From the sequence record NC_061440.1: 64,000 nt of DNA. The stretch is one strand, 5' to 3'. This document shows positions 19,621 to 30,510 of the stretch, piece by piece (within the stretch, counting starts at the first letter, position 1; each line of letters starts with the position of its first letter). The position numbers and the translations under genes were made by a program. The notes under the pieces were generated by a model that saw only the letters and a list, made by a program, of their open reading frames with translations, ran no database searches and was not told the DNA's origin.

Positions 19621-22600
19621 TTCTTACCAATCCCCTTAAGTGCGGAACGGAGCATCGACTTACTGATTTTGATTTTCTTAGGAGCACCATCACCCATCGC
19701 AGCCGCTGCTTTCTTAGCTTTCTCGTCTGCTTCGTATTTCTCAAAGGTTTTGATGTTCTTCGGAAGTTCAGCAAGCCACTCTTTGATGTTCTTCTTGTCC
19801 TTGTTGGTGAGTGGATTGACCTTGTCCATCGACCGAATCTTAATGTCGTTGGCCCAAAGTTGTTTCTTCATCCAATCGGACATAAGGTGATACTGGTCCT
19901 GCATGATGCTGTCAGTTACTTTGTCAACATCGAGGTCCTTCTCACCCAGCTCATCACGTTTGACGATCAGACCATCACGAATGAGTTTCTTGAGTTGAAC
20001 GTAAGAGAAGTTCCAACCCTGCACGTCTTTCTCCGATGCACCGATTTCAAAGTCAATCTCAGGCACGGATGTGAACGCAAATCCTTCGTGACGTTTCTGT
20101 ACGACTTCGACCACTGCGCTGGTCATCGCACGTTCGATCATATCGAGCGCAAGGAAGATCCATTTATAATCGCAGTCAACGGTCAAGGAGTCGTGTACCG
20201 ATACGTTCATATCGAAGTCAGGGTACTCACCATTCGCTTTGAAGTAGTCATACTTCATGCGGTCCAGAATACGAATCGCACTCATCATCAAGTCAGAACC
20301 GAATCCCTGTACTGGACTGTTTACCGCACGACGGTCACAAGCGGCATGAACCATGTTCGCTTCTTTGTGTGACTCAGGCAGCATCAATCCCCAGAGGTGA
20401 CGACGACGACCAACTGGCGATTCGACATAGAAGTTCTCGTGTGCAAACTTCTTGATCTTGTCGAACCATTTTAAGCCAACAGGGAAACGAGTAAGGAACT
20501 TGCCTTTGATTTCGGCAATCTCTTTCACGTCACGACCAGTAGACTTCGCAAGACCCTTATCGCCCTGCTGATAGATCAGTCCGAAGATTACGGTCTTAAC
20601 CGCGTTACGTACGGACTTGGTTACGTCCATTACGTTTGGAATACCGAAGAAGTATGCGGCGTTGATTTTGTGAACGTCACCTTCTGCTTCGACGCGGTGC
20701 TCGATCCACGGGTCAGGTACTGTACGGAAACGATGACGTAACTTACGGCCTTGCTCGAATACGTCTGCAACGCCTTGGTCACCTGAGATGATCGACCAGC
20801 CCCTTACTTCGTGGGCTGAGTAGTCGACCTTGATTAGTAAACGGTTCTTACGTGCAATCAAGATACGCTTGATCAGTTTACCCATCTCACTACGACTCGG
20901 TACCTGTTGCAAGTTCGGGTCAGACGCCGAGGTACGACCCGTTACAACTCCAAGATAACCATACGTCGGTCGGATTGATCTATCGTGTTTGAAGTCTTCC
21001 GATTCGCCCCAGAGTTTAAGCAGGCTGTTAACGTAGGCGTTCTTGAGCTTGTACGCCTTTCCGAGTTTCGAGTAGAGAGCAACAAGCGGTATATCTGCAT
21101 ACGCCGCTTGGAAGTCCTTGTCCAGCTTGCCTGTCTTCTTACCGTTCTCACGTAGCTGTTCCCCTTCTTTCAGAGGCTTGAGTTTCATCACGTCGAAGAA
21201 CAGGATTTGTTTATGCTCCGACTTCGACATATCGAACTTCGTGACCTCGACTTTGCCCATAAGACCCATCTTAGGAACATTGTCGTCTTTGCAGATCAGT
21301 TTGTTCGCAGCCTTAACTTCAGGGCTGTTCATGAACTCACGCTCTACGTTCCGAATCTCCTCGTTAATAGGAGAGTTCGGCAGGTTGAGCTTAAACAGGT
21401 AGTCTATATCAGCACCAGCACCTGTTGTCTCCAGAATCGAGAACGCATGAATCTGGTCGGAGATTTGCTCACTGACCATAGACTCATACTTGGCGTACTT
21501 GATATCGTTGGCTCGCTTGAGTTGTTGCTCTGCGATTCGGAAAGGAACGATAACGTCAAGCCCTGCGTATTCCTGAACACTCTCGTCCAAGTCAACGTCG
21601 GCAATCGTCGCTCGCATCTCTTTACCGAACGATACTTCATGATACACCTGACAGCCGTACTGCATCGTCAGGTTCGCTAAGTTGTAATAACCAGCGCCCG
21701 TAACGTTAAGCAATGACTTGGCGTTCTCATCGTTCGCAAACTCACCAGCCTGAATATCCCACACGTTCGCGGCGTAACTACGAATGCCGAAGTTGGAACG
21801 CATTACGTTCAGGTCGAACTTCGCGTTGGTGTAGATTTGATACTTGTTCGAGTTCTCCTCAAAGAAGTCTTTGAATAGCTCACGAACCTTGCGTAGTTCT
21901 TTCGGACTGAATGGACTGTCGCGGTGATAAATCGGAATGACATACGCCTTCTGACCGTCGTCCGATAACTGCACCGTTAAGAGTTTATTCTTGATACGGT
22001 TAAGGTTCTCGGTTTCGGTATCGACTGCAACCTTCTTGGCGCGCTTCATACGCTTCAAGATTTTCTCAAGTTGCTTGACCTTCGTTACATACACGAGATC
22101 CCAGTTACGCTTCTTACCACACGTAACCTCTGCGATCTTATAGCGCATCCCCTTGTTAAGCCACGGCAACATCCAGCGAGCCATGTAACCAAGCGTGTAC
22201 GATGAGCCAGCAATGTGCATCGGGTTTAGAACGGTATGATAACTAACGTTCGGCAGATGGACGAAGCTGTGTTTCTTCGAACCGTGTTTGACCTTTGTCG
22301 GTATCTCAACACCGTACCAATGCTCATAGTGATCTTTCGAGAATTGAATCTTCTCGTTGTTCAGCGCTTTGAATGGCGCCTTACCAAACGTCAGCACGTA
22401 ATCAGGTTTGTAATCTACAATGATCTCCCGAATACGGTCAGCGAATGCGGCATCGGCATCTTCCTTAAACTGTTCACCCTTGTCATAGGTCTTGAACATG
22501 TTGTACGAGACAACGAGGAAGTTCCAATCGTCGAGAGTCGTCTTGGTCGGAAACGTATCTTCAAGATACTGAATCTGGTTCAAGAACAACTCACCTTCTG

Positions 22601-22784
22601 TCGAGGTAAAGATTCTGCCGCTACGCAGATCTTCGGTCGGCATATGATCGAGGACGAGAAGTGCTTTGCCACCTTTAGCGCTTTTACTTACGCTTTTCAA
22701 AAGTCGAACGCCATCGTAGGTCTGCATGTCTGCAAACTGTTCAGGCGGTTCGAAGTCGAGGGATATAAACTTTGGTTTTTCCAC
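19617..22784 (-). CDS. polA: Family A DNA polymerase with N-terminal UDG-like domain and 3'-5' exonuclease (1055 aa)
   Basis: Exonuclease motifs AVDTET, NAKFD, YAGLD; TGRTSASDPNLQQVP; motif A KVDYSAHEVR; motif B RNAVKTVIFGLIY; motif C VHDS; N-terminal KPDYVLTFG.. Confidence 0.95.
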   Translation of the reverse strand: MEKPKFISLDFEPPEQFADMQTYDGVRLLKSVSKSAKGGKALLVLDHMPTEDLRSGRIFTSTEGELFLNQIQYLEDTFPTKTTLDDWNFLVVSYNMFKTYDKGEQFKEDADAAFADRIREIIVDYKPDYVLTFGKAPFKALNNEKIQFSKDHYEHWYGVEIPTKVKHGSKKHSFVHLPNVSYHTVLNPMHIAGSSYTLGYMARWMLPWLNKGMRYKIAEVTCGKKRNWDLVYVTKVKQLEKILKRMKRAKKVAVDTETENLNRIKNKLLTVQLSDDGQKAYVIPIYHRDSPFSPKELRKVRELFKDFFEENSNKYQIYTNAKFDLNVMRSNFGIRSYAANVWDIQAGEFANDENAKSLLNVTGAGYYNLANLTMQYGCQVYHEVSFGKEMRATIADVDLDESVQEYAGLDVIVPFRIAEQQLKRANDIKYAKYESMVSEQISDQIHAFSILETTGAGADIDYLFKLNLPNSPINEEIRNVEREFMNSPEVKAANKLICKDDNVPKMGLMGKVEVTKFDMSKSEHKQILFFDVMKLKPLKEGEQLRENGKKTGKLDKDFQAAYADIPLVALYSKLGKAYKLKNAYVNSLLKLWGESEDFKHDRSIRPTYGYLGVVTGRTSASDPNLQQVPSRSEMGKLIKRILIARKNRLLIKVDYSAHEVRGWSIISGDQGVADVFEQGRKLRHRFRTVPDPWIEHRVEAEGDVHKINAAYFFGIPNVMDVTKSVRNAVKTVIFGLIYQQGDKGLAKSTGRDVKEIAEIKGKFLTRFPVGLKWFDKIKKFAHENFYVESPVGRRRHLWGLMLPESHKEANMVHAACDRRAVNSPVQGFGSDLMMSAIRILDRMKYDYFKANGEYPDFDMNVSVHDSLTVDCDYKWIFLALDMIERAMTSAVVEVVQKRHEGFAFTSVPEIDFEIGASEKDVQGWNFSYVQLKKLIRDGLIVKRDELGEKDLDVDKVTDSIMQDQYHLMSDWMKKQLWANDIKIRSMDKVNPLTNKDKKNIKEWLAELPKNIKTFEKYEADEKAKKAAAAMGDGAPKKIKISKSMLRSALKGIGKK

Positions 22785-22820
22785 CAGCTAGTCCTATCAA
22801 TGTCTCACAATGTGATGGCA

Positions 22821-22839
22821 GTTATTTACAGATTTTAGA
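22821..22839 (-). promoter_or_regulatory. TCTAAAATCTGTAAATAAC, an extended promoter-like motif upstream of the DNA polymerase
   Basis: An identical 19-mer occurs at 53747-53765 upstream of the clamp loader gene. Confidence 0.65.
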
Positions 22840-22843
22840 AACG

Positions 22844-22870
22844 AAAAAGGGCACCCTAAGGCACCCTTTT
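22844..22870 (-). terminator. Rho-independent terminator
   Basis: GC hairpin flanked by A and T runs. Confidence 0.75.
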
Positions 22871-22873
22871 GTA

Positions 22874-24052
22874 TTAAAGTTTACGCAGACCTTTCTTAAT
22901 AGCCGCTTGCGCTTGGGCCGCAGTAGGGTCTTTCGTCGCAAACAGTTCGATAACGTTCTTGATTGATTCCAGCTCGCCCAAATGAATCTGAACGTTTTGC
23001 ACTTTCTTCAAATGGTCACCGATAAAGGTCATCAGCCAACCCTTCTGCTTCATAACGACAGAAACTTCCAGTCCCTTATATTCGAAGGAGAACTGGTTGC
23101 CCGTAGTGCGAAGCAGTTTAGCAGCGCCTGGGGTAGGCTCAACAGCACGGATGAACTTCGGCGCGTACTTGCTGGCCGTCTGAGTACGCAATACTGAGTA
23201 CGCAGGGTCGAATGTCACAGCACCCGCGGCCACAGTCGCAGCTTTCTTGCTCGGCGTACCGACCTTGCCGACCAGCTTAGTGATTGCAGCAGCGAATGCA
23301 GCAGGCGTAGGACGACGCAATTCCTGACCGATCACAATACCACCAGTGTTGGTAGTAGCGCCGATATGCCATGAAGTCGAACGCTCGTACTCATGGAACT
23401 CATACGGTGGGTCGATATGAATCTCACGGTAGCGGGCGTTAGGGTTTGCAGCACTGAACGTCCAGTCAGACGACTGACCATTGCTTGGTGTGTGCTCGCC
23501 AACAAACGTCAGGCCTGTTGCTTCTGACAACGCGGCAGCAATAGAATCAATCTGCGTCTGCGTCACGTTGTTCATGAATTTAGGACCAATACGTGCGAGA
23601 TCGATCTTAGGCAGAGTGGCGTTCTGGTTCACGCGTTGCGCTACGACTTTAGCAGGCTTGATGCCTGTATCACCCTTAGTCTTAGCGACACGCTGAGGTT
23701 TGACCGCAGCTTTTGCAGTATCGTTCGGCGCAGTCACTTTGATCTTGACCGCACGAAGGCCGTTGATAGTAGCCACCAGCGTCTTCGCCTTGTACAGGTT
23801 CTTGATCGCAGTGACTGCATTCTTACCGGCAGCCTTCTTCGCAAAGGTAGTGGTCGCTTCGGTATCTTTCAGGATATCGAGAATGGCTTCGAGCTTGGCG
23901 GTGTCCAGCTCTTTGATTTTTACCAGCTCGTCGATACGCTTGATCAGCACTTTGGCATTCTTACCAAAGAGAATCTCTGCGTTAGCGACTTGAGCTTTGG
24001 TAGCAGCAGAGATAGACACCACTGCACCGCTGTTCATTGTCATTTCGTACAT
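22874..24052 (-). CDS. Basic Lys/Ala-rich protein with an N-terminal VVSISA tag; probable internal virion protein (392 aa)
   Basis: ORF composition and N-terminal motif. Confidence 0.6.
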   Translation of the reverse strand: MYEMTMNSGAVVSISAATKAQVANAEILFGKNAKVLIKRIDELVKIKELDTAKLEAILDILKDTEATTTFAKKAAGKNAVTAIKNLYKAKTLVATINGLRAVKIKVTAPNDTAKAAVKPQRVAKTKGDTGIKPAKVVAQRVNQNATLPKIDLARIGPKFMNNVTQTQIDSIAAALSEATGLTFVGEHTPSNGQSSDWTFSAANPNARYREIHIDPPYEFHEYERSTSWHIGATTNTGGIVIGQELRRPTPAAFAAAITKLVGKVGTPSKKAATVAAGAVTFDPAYSVLRTQTASKYAPKFIRAVEPTPGAAKLLRTTGNQFSFEYKGLEVSVVMKQKGWLMTFIGDHLKKVQNVQIHLGELESIKNVIELFATKDPTAAQAQAAIKKGLRKL

Positions 24053-24061
24053 TGCTGTTCC

Positions 24062-24613
24062 TTATCGCTTCTTGGTCCAGTTGGAGTTCTGCTTAGGCTG
24101 CTGGTTATGTGCAGGTGCAGGCGTGTTGTCGTCCTCAATGTCATCTTCTTCATCGTCGATGACTTCTTCTTCCTTTTCAGGCTCAGGCGCTTTCACCTGA
24201 GTATTAAGGACAGAGGCTGCGAGTGGGGTCTGCTGCACAGTATTTACAGTAGCAACAGGCTCTTGCACTGCGGCAGCACGCGCAGCAGCAACTTCACCAA
24301 CAGCGTGTTCGTGGACCATAGCAACAGTAACCAATTGACCTTTCTCTTTCAAGATCTCATCGGCGCGAGCTTGATCCCACTTGTCCCAAAGAATATCGAG
24401 GCCCTTGTGCATATAGTTCATGCCAGCAGGGAGCTTGCCACGACCATTGAACGGCAGACCGTTCGAAGGAGTAGCTGGCTCGAACTCGTCCATCATCTCC
24501 CACTTACGTTTTGCTTCAATACACTTAGGGCCCCAGACGCCGTCACACAAACCATCATAGAGTCCCATCATGGTCATGATAAGCTGGAGCTTCTGGTAGA
24601 ATTTATTGAGCAT
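24062..24613 (-). CDS. Protein with peptidoglycan-binding-like N-domain and acidic tail (183 aa)
   Basis: LYDGLCDGVWGPKC resembles the PG_binding_1 DG.fGp.T motif. Confidence 0.5.
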   Translation of the reverse strand: MLNKFYQKLQLIMTMMGLYDGLCDGVWGPKCIEAKRKWEMMDEFEPATPSNGLPFNGRGKLPAGMNYMHKGLDILWDKWDQARADEILKEKGQLVTVAMVHEHAVGEVAAARAAAVQEPVATVNTVQQTPLAASVLNTQVKAPEPEKEEEVIDDEEDDIEDDNTPAPAHNQQPKQNSNWTKKR

Positions 24614-24635
24614 TATGTTTTCCTTGCGGCAAATG

Positions 24636-24654
24636 AAAGGGGCCGAAGCCCCTT
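24636..24654 (-). terminator. Rho-independent terminator
   Basis: AAGGGGC-TTCG-GCCCCTTT. Confidence 0.75.
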
Positions 24655-24660
24655 ATCTGA

Positions 24661-27600
24661 TTACACTGCCTTGTTCTTGGTAGTGGTCAGTTTCAGACGA
24701 TCAAGAGCCGTCGTCAACTTCTTGATGTTCGTGATGTTGTAGCCTGCTTTCACGATCTTGTTGATACGTGCTTTCGCAGTAGCGACATTCTTCACGAAGC
24801 CAATCCACATACCTGGAGAAACATCGAAGGTACCAAACTTACGAGTGTTCGGAATCTTCGTACCGACGAAACGTTTCATCTGCGGGTTAGTGTTCAGGTC
24901 GAACATGATACGCAGACGATCTTCCATTACCATCGGGTATGCCTTGACGTGTTTCTTATCAGAGGCTGCCTTGTGGCGAATCAGGAAGAACTGTTTCAAC
25001 TGCTCCTGAGCTTTCAACGCCAGTTTGATGTTGAAGCCCATACGCGGCGTAGACTCATCGAAGAAGTCCAGCACGAACTCCAAGCGCTTCTCGGAAGGCT
25101 TGTCGAATGCCAGTTTCTTCTTAACCTCAATGAAATCGAGCATCTTCTCGAAGTCTTCATAGTAGGCACAGTCGTAATACACGTAGTCACCGAACTCCAC
25201 GAAGTCGAATGCCTTGAGGGCTTTCGCATCAGGGTCGGTAGCGTTCGCGTAAATAGCCACGAAGCCGTTGTACACGGTAGGCGTCAGTTCGAGCGCCATG
25301 TCTGCACCAGTCGCTTCTTCAACAGCGGCAGCAACAGGTTTCTTACGACGAGTCGTGTTATCCAACACAGGCAGGTCAGCAGGCTTACGACGACGAACAC
25401 GGCCAGCAGCCTCAGCAACACCTTCGTTGATTGGCTTACCTTCTGCTTTGTTCGTAGCACGTTGTTTGGCGCGAGCGGTCTTACGCGCTACAGCCACAAC
25501 CTTCTTCTCTGTCTCAACGGTATCGGCAGTTTCTGTCTCGTCCTTAATCGTATCTTCAATTTCAATACGATTCGCTTCGGCCGTAGCACGTTTGCGATCT
25601 TTCTCGTTCGCCCACGGTTTACGCGCTTCGAAGAACTTCTTGAGATCAGCCTTGTCGACCTTAGTTGCGATGTGGACTTTGTTGGCAGAAATGCTAACAG
25701 TCTCACCTGTACCAGCCAGACGCACACGCACCGTACTGATAGGACTATCTGCACGGAGTTTGCCGTCAACTGTACGCGCAGTCACAGACACGATAACACC
25801 ATTGCCGTACTCAGTAACGACAGGTGCACGGTTCAGAGAATCTTTCAGGTTCTCACCGTTCGTGAAGTTGCGGTTACGTGTCCAGTCCAGCAGACGCTCC
25901 AGACCCCAGCCGTAGCGATCAGGAATCTTCTGGTTGGCAACAAACGGAGTCTGCTCCATAACACGGAAGTCGTTCAGCGCTGGCGTAGCTGGCAGTGCCT
26001 GCATAGCCGCAACAGTCGTCTTACGCATCTCATGGAATTCCTGAGACTCGATTTCGTTCAGGTCGCGCTTGGCAAAGAAGTACTGGGCGAAGTCTTCCAT
26101 CGTGTTGTTGTCGATGAGCAGTTTCGCACTCATCTTGATCGGGTCCAGTTTGTACTGGTCGAGTGCTTCGTAACGCTGGTTGCCCTTCTCATCGAAGCGC
26201 GTTTTCTCCAGTGTCTTCCACATCAGACGAGCGACCTTACCAACTTCAAGGGTCTTGTTCGTCATTACCCAGTCAATGAACACAACTTCACGAGCCATGT
26301 CGCCTGGCTTACCGTTCTCATCCAGTTTTGCAGCAGCAACGTCAGGACGGAAGATACGCGCAGTAGACTGATCGTAAGTACCTGGTGACCACGGAGTATC
26401 GCAGCGGATGATACGGCTACCCATCTGCATGTTGTGGCCTTCGGAGATTGCCTGTTCGTTCGCAATCAGAATCTGGACATTGTTGTCAGTTTTGAATGCG
26501 TCGAGGTTAGCGTCTTTGTTCTGGCCCAGCTTACCAACTTCACCGTGATACACTACAGCAACTTTCTTGTAGTTCTCAGGCAGAGCGTTGTAGATAGCGT
26601 TAGCCGCACGAACGTAGCGCGTAAAGACAATCAGCTTGCCCTGCACCTCTGGTTTCCAGTAGTCCGGATCGTCCGGAGGCGGAACCATTGAAGGCGGTAA
26701 GGCTTGACGTTTGTACTCTTCGGACTGCTTACGTGCCAGATACTTCTGACCGTTGTAGACAGCAATGTCCAGTTCACGAGGAGTAACGCCTGGCTTCCAG
26801 TCGAAGATCTGCTGTTCACCAACCATCGGGTCACGTTCAGGCTGCACTTCGAAGTGCTTCTTGATACGGTCGATAATGGTCAGCACTTTCGCAGATACGA
26901 AGTTGGTAACACCAGCGGCTTCAAACGTCAGACGTGCAACGTCATCACCCATCGGGTCAGTCAACATCATTTCCATACGCTGGAAGTACATGTTCAGGTC
27001 GGCGTTACCTGCGAGCAGTGCGCCCAGGTCATCACCTTCCTCGATATCGTCTTCGTCAATGTCGGAAGCGTTATCATCAGCGCCACCAGCATCATCGTCT
27101 TCGTCATCGTTACCAGCAGAGGCTTTGCGCTTCGCAGCGTTGGCCGCGTCCTGCAATTTCTCCAGCACCTGTTCGTACATCGCGTTATACACCTCTTGGT
27201 GCAGCGCGGAGTTAGGAACAGACGGGTCATCGATCTCAACCTGAATGAAGGTATCAATCGGGTTAGGCAGCATGAACGCCCAGTGCTTACGCTTGAACGA
27301 GATGAACGCAGTGTGGTTCGCCATACGAGAGTGAGCACGACGAATCATTTCGATATCGTCTTTCGCACCATCATACGCAACGTCCAGTGAATCACCGAAC
27401 ATCGCAGGCGTCATCAGCGCAGCCTGGCCAACGATATCACGCACACGGTCAGTCACCAGCGTACCAGTAGCGATACGAGCATAGCGAACGGACGGAGCAG
27501 TGAATACCGCTTTGGTGTTGAAGTGCACCTGAGAGCCCGCCTGACCACCAGAGAAGTTCTTCACTTTATGCGACTCATCGAGCAGCACATAGCTGAAACG

Positions 27601-30510
27601 GAAGCGGTTAACGAACTCCACAGCACCACGCACACGAACACGCACACCGCCGATATCAACGTTGAACGTACCAGTCTGGAGGAAGCTCAGGCCAACGATA
27701 TAGATCGTGTTGCGCGGAGCCTGCTGGATAACGTCATACATGCGGTCTTCGCCCCACGTATTAACAGTGTCAGCAGTGATAGGCACTGCGTTCCAACCAT
27801 CAACAACTTTGTGGAGGTCATCACACCAGTTCGCTACGAGGTTAGACGGACAGATGATCAGAGGACGAATCGTTTCTTCGCCAAGGTCATCCAGCTCTTT
27901 GATTAGAGCAGCAACGTCGGTCAGACCGATGATTGTCTTACCGCCGCCAGGTGCGATAAAGATTGTTGCGAAGCGTGGACGACGACGCAGAGTTTTGTGC
28001 GCTTCAACCTGATGCGGTAGTAACGCTGCACCTGCTTTCAGACCAGGGATACGGATATCTTCAATCGTGATACCGCTGTCCGGTTTCAGCTTCTCAATCT
28101 CCACTTCGGCCTGTTCGAAGTATTCGAGTGATTTAGGAATCACATCGCTGTACATCGTGGCGAACGGCAGAATGATTTGTTGCAGACGGTCAGAGCCTGG
28201 GGCCTGTTCGTCTTCAATCAGAGAGCTGAACAACTTCTTACGATCACTACGCGCCAGAGCCTGAGTCACCTCACGATACAACGCACCACCGAAGTAGTTA
28301 TTCAGTCGCGCCATGTCAGACAGCTTGGAGCTTTCACCCATCACGAAGTAGTGAGTGTGGTTCGGCAGAGATTCGGTTGCAGCCTGAATGCTACCCATCT
28401 CATTGAGAGAGGTCATAATCAGGTTAGACCCACGCAGACCAGCAGCATCGTTCAGCACACGAAGCATCACGCGCATCATCGTCATTGCAGGGCGTTCGTT
28501 AGCGAGGTCTGGAATTGAGAAGTCGTTCTCAATCAGGTTCTGATACAGGTTCTGGTCCATCGGGCTTTCGGCCAATGAAGCATTCTCTGCGTCCATACCG
28601 ACAGCAACACGCGCCTGCTGCACCAGAGTTTTCAGATCAGGAACTTGTTTGTTCTTGAGCATGAACTCATAGGTCTGACAGGTAGATGCGATAATCTGCA
28701 CCAGCTCATGGAGGTTAGAACCTTCGGTGCTGTTATACTTGATGGTACTGTCTGAGACAGCTTCCACCAGACGGCCAGCGCCAGATTCTGCTTTCGCCGC
28801 TTCGATCATCATGTCGTTAGACACGCGATATGCAGCCATACCACCAGAAGACTGATTGTGGTGGATGTTACCGATTACGTTAGATGCAGAACGGAAGTTA
28901 GGTGCTTCACCAGGCTCTGCGAAGTCGTAGCCAAGTGAGTCAGCAACGTCCAGAGAGTTCGGCGCTTTCATGCCTACGGTACGTGTCTCTTTAACATCGA
29001 GACCGCCACCATTGGACGTGTTCACGATCAGCGCGAAGTCAGGGTCAATGCCGATGCACACGTTACTGAAACGAGAGAGCGACTTGGCCTTGGTCTGCAC
29101 TTCACGGTCGAAGTCCAGATTGCCGTTCTGAATTGCGAACATGTTGGTACGCAGGGTATCGTGCTCGGTAGACAGAGGCACACCCTTTTCGAACAGGTCT
29201 TCGAGTACGCTGTTGAGAGAAGACTCGTAGGTCTTAACCATCTCAATGTCGATATCTTCACGACGAGGCAGCACTGCGAGAGTACCGTTCGGCATGATCG
29301 TCAGACCGTTATCGTCTGCAACCACATCGTTTACCACATAGCCAAACTTCTCACGGAGTTTCTTCAACTCAGGCAGAGTGGTGGCCGAGGTAACGTAGCG
29401 TGGAATACGCGCAGCACGAGTGATACCAGTACGAGTAGAGCCAGCAACACGGAAGTAGTAGCTCGCCCAACCCTGGAACCAACGATACAGACACATGGTC
29501 TGCGTGTCAGCACCCTGAGAGATGTACTCGACCATTTCTTTTTCGAAGTTAACGATCAGGCCGCCTTCAACGCGAACGTCAGTAGCGAGAGCGACAGGGT
29601 TAAAATCGACAGGCGTATCGTGGCTGATTTTCATCGCTTGAATCTTGCGATCAATCATCGCCTTGCCTGGGATAGGACGAATACCGATCGTCATGAAATC
29701 GCCCAGCGCTTCGGCAGCACCTTTGTCCAGATTACGGAACAGGTCGATATCCATGTTGTGCATCAGCGGGTGAATGGAGCGCAGAGCCGCGTTATACACA
29801 GTCCAGTCTTTATCGAGAGGAATGCGGACCATCTTCGTTTCGAATGCGTTGGAGTTGGTGCGCTCAACGCCGAAGATATCTTTGTACAGAGTCTTCGCCA
29901 CACGAATCGCAGCCTGTGCGATATCAGAACTGTAGGTCTGAATGTTGGCGCGTTCGAAGTTGGCGTCATTGTCCACACGAGGACGGTCGCTACCCTGATT
30001 GTTCAGGACGTTGAAGTTACCGTTCGAGGCCAGAGGACTTGTCGGGCATGGCGTACCAGACATGATAATGTCACGACCGCCTGGGAAGCGCGTACTATTT
30101 TCAATCACGGCACCAGATGCTGCGGACAGGTGTTCAGCCAGAGAGGTCTTAATCTCACGACTCAACTTGTCGCCGTTCAGTGACATATTGATACGCATGA
30201 TGGACAGATCGATGTTGTTCTTAACACGCTTAACAAAATCGTCTGGCGCTACTTCCAGCATGTCTTCGAACTCTGCACCGTTGGTAACGATGTAGTTGAT
30301 CAAATCGAATGCGGCGTAGATGCGAGCAACGGTAGATGCGGTGAACACTGCAAGGGTTTCGTAGTTACGACGAGACTTCCCTGTAGCGTACATTTTCGAC
30401 ATTTTACCATCGAACTCGGGCGGCAACGTCTTCACAGCCAGAGCCTGATTAAACGTATCGGCGATCTGCTGGGTTGCGGTTGCTGAGGTACTGATCATTT
30501 GATTCATCAT
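24661..30510 (-). CDS. Giant SNF2/SWI2-family helicase/ATPase (1949 aa)
   Basis: APGGGKT, LIICPSNLV..W, LLDESH, ATGT, EGHNMQ, PWSPG..DQSTARIFR; about 800-aa unknown N-terminal region; acidic linker. Confidence 0.85.
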   Translation of the reverse strand: MMNQMISTSATATQQIADTFNQALAVKTLPPEFDGKMSKMYATGKSRRNYETLAVFTASTVARIYAAFDLINYIVTNGAEFEDMLEVAPDDFVKRVKNNIDLSIMRINMSLNGDKLSREIKTSLAEHLSAASGAVIENSTRFPGGRDIIMSGTPCPTSPLASNGNFNVLNNQGSDRPRVDNDANFERANIQTYSSDIAQAAIRVAKTLYKDIFGVERTNSNAFETKMVRIPLDKDWTVYNAALRSIHPLMHNMDIDLFRNLDKGAAEALGDFMTIGIRPIPGKAMIDRKIQAMKISHDTPVDFNPVALATDVRVEGGLIVNFEKEMVEYISQGADTQTMCLYRWFQGWASYYFRVAGSTRTGITRAARIPRYVTSATTLPELKKLREKFGYVVNDVVADDNGLTIMPNGTLAVLPRREDIDIEMVKTYESSLNSVLEDLFEKGVPLSTEHDTLRTNMFAIQNGNLDFDREVQTKAKSLSRFSNVCIGIDPDFALIVNTSNGGGLDVKETRTVGMKAPNSLDVADSLGYDFAEPGEAPNFRSASNVIGNIHHNQSSGGMAAYRVSNDMMIEAAKAESGAGRLVEAVSDSTIKYNSTEGSNLHELVQIIASTCQTYEFMLKNKQVPDLKTLVQQARVAVGMDAENASLAESPMDQNLYQNLIENDFSIPDLANERPAMTMMRVMLRVLNDAAGLRGSNLIMTSLNEMGSIQAATESLPNHTHYFVMGESSKLSDMARLNNYFGGALYREVTQALARSDRKKLFSSLIEDEQAPGSDRLQQIILPFATMYSDVIPKSLEYFEQAEVEIEKLKPDSGITIEDIRIPGLKAGAALLPHQVEAHKTLRRRPRFATIFIAPGGGKTIIGLTDVAALIKELDDLGEETIRPLIICPSNLVANWCDDLHKVVDGWNAVPITADTVNTWGEDRMYDVIQQAPRNTIYIVGLSFLQTGTFNVDIGGVRVRVRGAVEFVNRFRFSYVLLDESHKVKNFSGGQAGSQVHFNTKAVFTAPSVRYARIATGTLVTDRVRDIVGQAALMTPAMFGDSLDVAYDGAKDDIEMIRRAHSRMANHTAFISFKRKHWAFMLPNPIDTFIQVEIDDPSVPNSALHQEVYNAMYEQVLEKLQDAANAAKRKASAGNDDEDDDAGGADDNASDIDEDDIEEGDDLGALLAGNADLNMYFQRMEMMLTDPMGDDVARLTFEAAGVTNFVSAKVLTIIDRIKKHFEVQPERDPMVGEQQIFDWKPGVTPRELDIAVYNGQKYLARKQSEEYKRQALPPSMVPPPDDPDYWKPEVQGKLIVFTRYVRAANAIYNALPENYKKVAVVYHGEVGKLGQNKDANLDAFKTDNNVQILIANEQAISEGHNMQMGSRIIRCDTPWSPGTYDQSTARIFRPDVAAAKLDENGKPGDMAREVVFIDWVMTNKTLEVGKVARLMWKTLEKTRFDEKGNQRYEALDQYKLDPIKMSAKLLIDNNTMEDFAQYFFAKRDLNEIESQEFHEMRKTTVAAMQALPATPALNDFRVMEQTPFVANQKIPDRYGWGLERLLDWTRNRNFTNGENLKDSLNRAPVVTEYGNGVIVSVTARTVDGKLRADSPISTVRVRLAGTGETVSISANKVHIATKVDKADLKKFFEARKPWANEKDRKRATAEANRIEIEDTIKDETETADTVETEKKVVAVARKTARAKQRATNKAEGKPINEGVAEAAGRVRRRKPADLPVLDNTTRRKKPVAAAVEEATGADMALELTPTVYNGFVAIYANATDPDAKALKAFDFVEFGDYVYYDCAYYEDFEKMLDFIEVKKKLAFDKPSEKRLEFVLDFFDESTPRMGFNIKLALKAQEQLKQFFLIRHKAASDKKHVKAYPMVMEDRLRIMFDLNTNPQMKRFVGTKIPNTRKFGTFDVSPGMWIGFVKNVATAKARINKIVKAGYNITNIKKLTTALDRLKLTTTKNKAV

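Noticed and set aside
19617-22784. Intron or intein in the oversized polymerase
   Set aside because: The frame is continuous, the extra length is an N-terminal domain, and I saw no intein C/S...HN motifs
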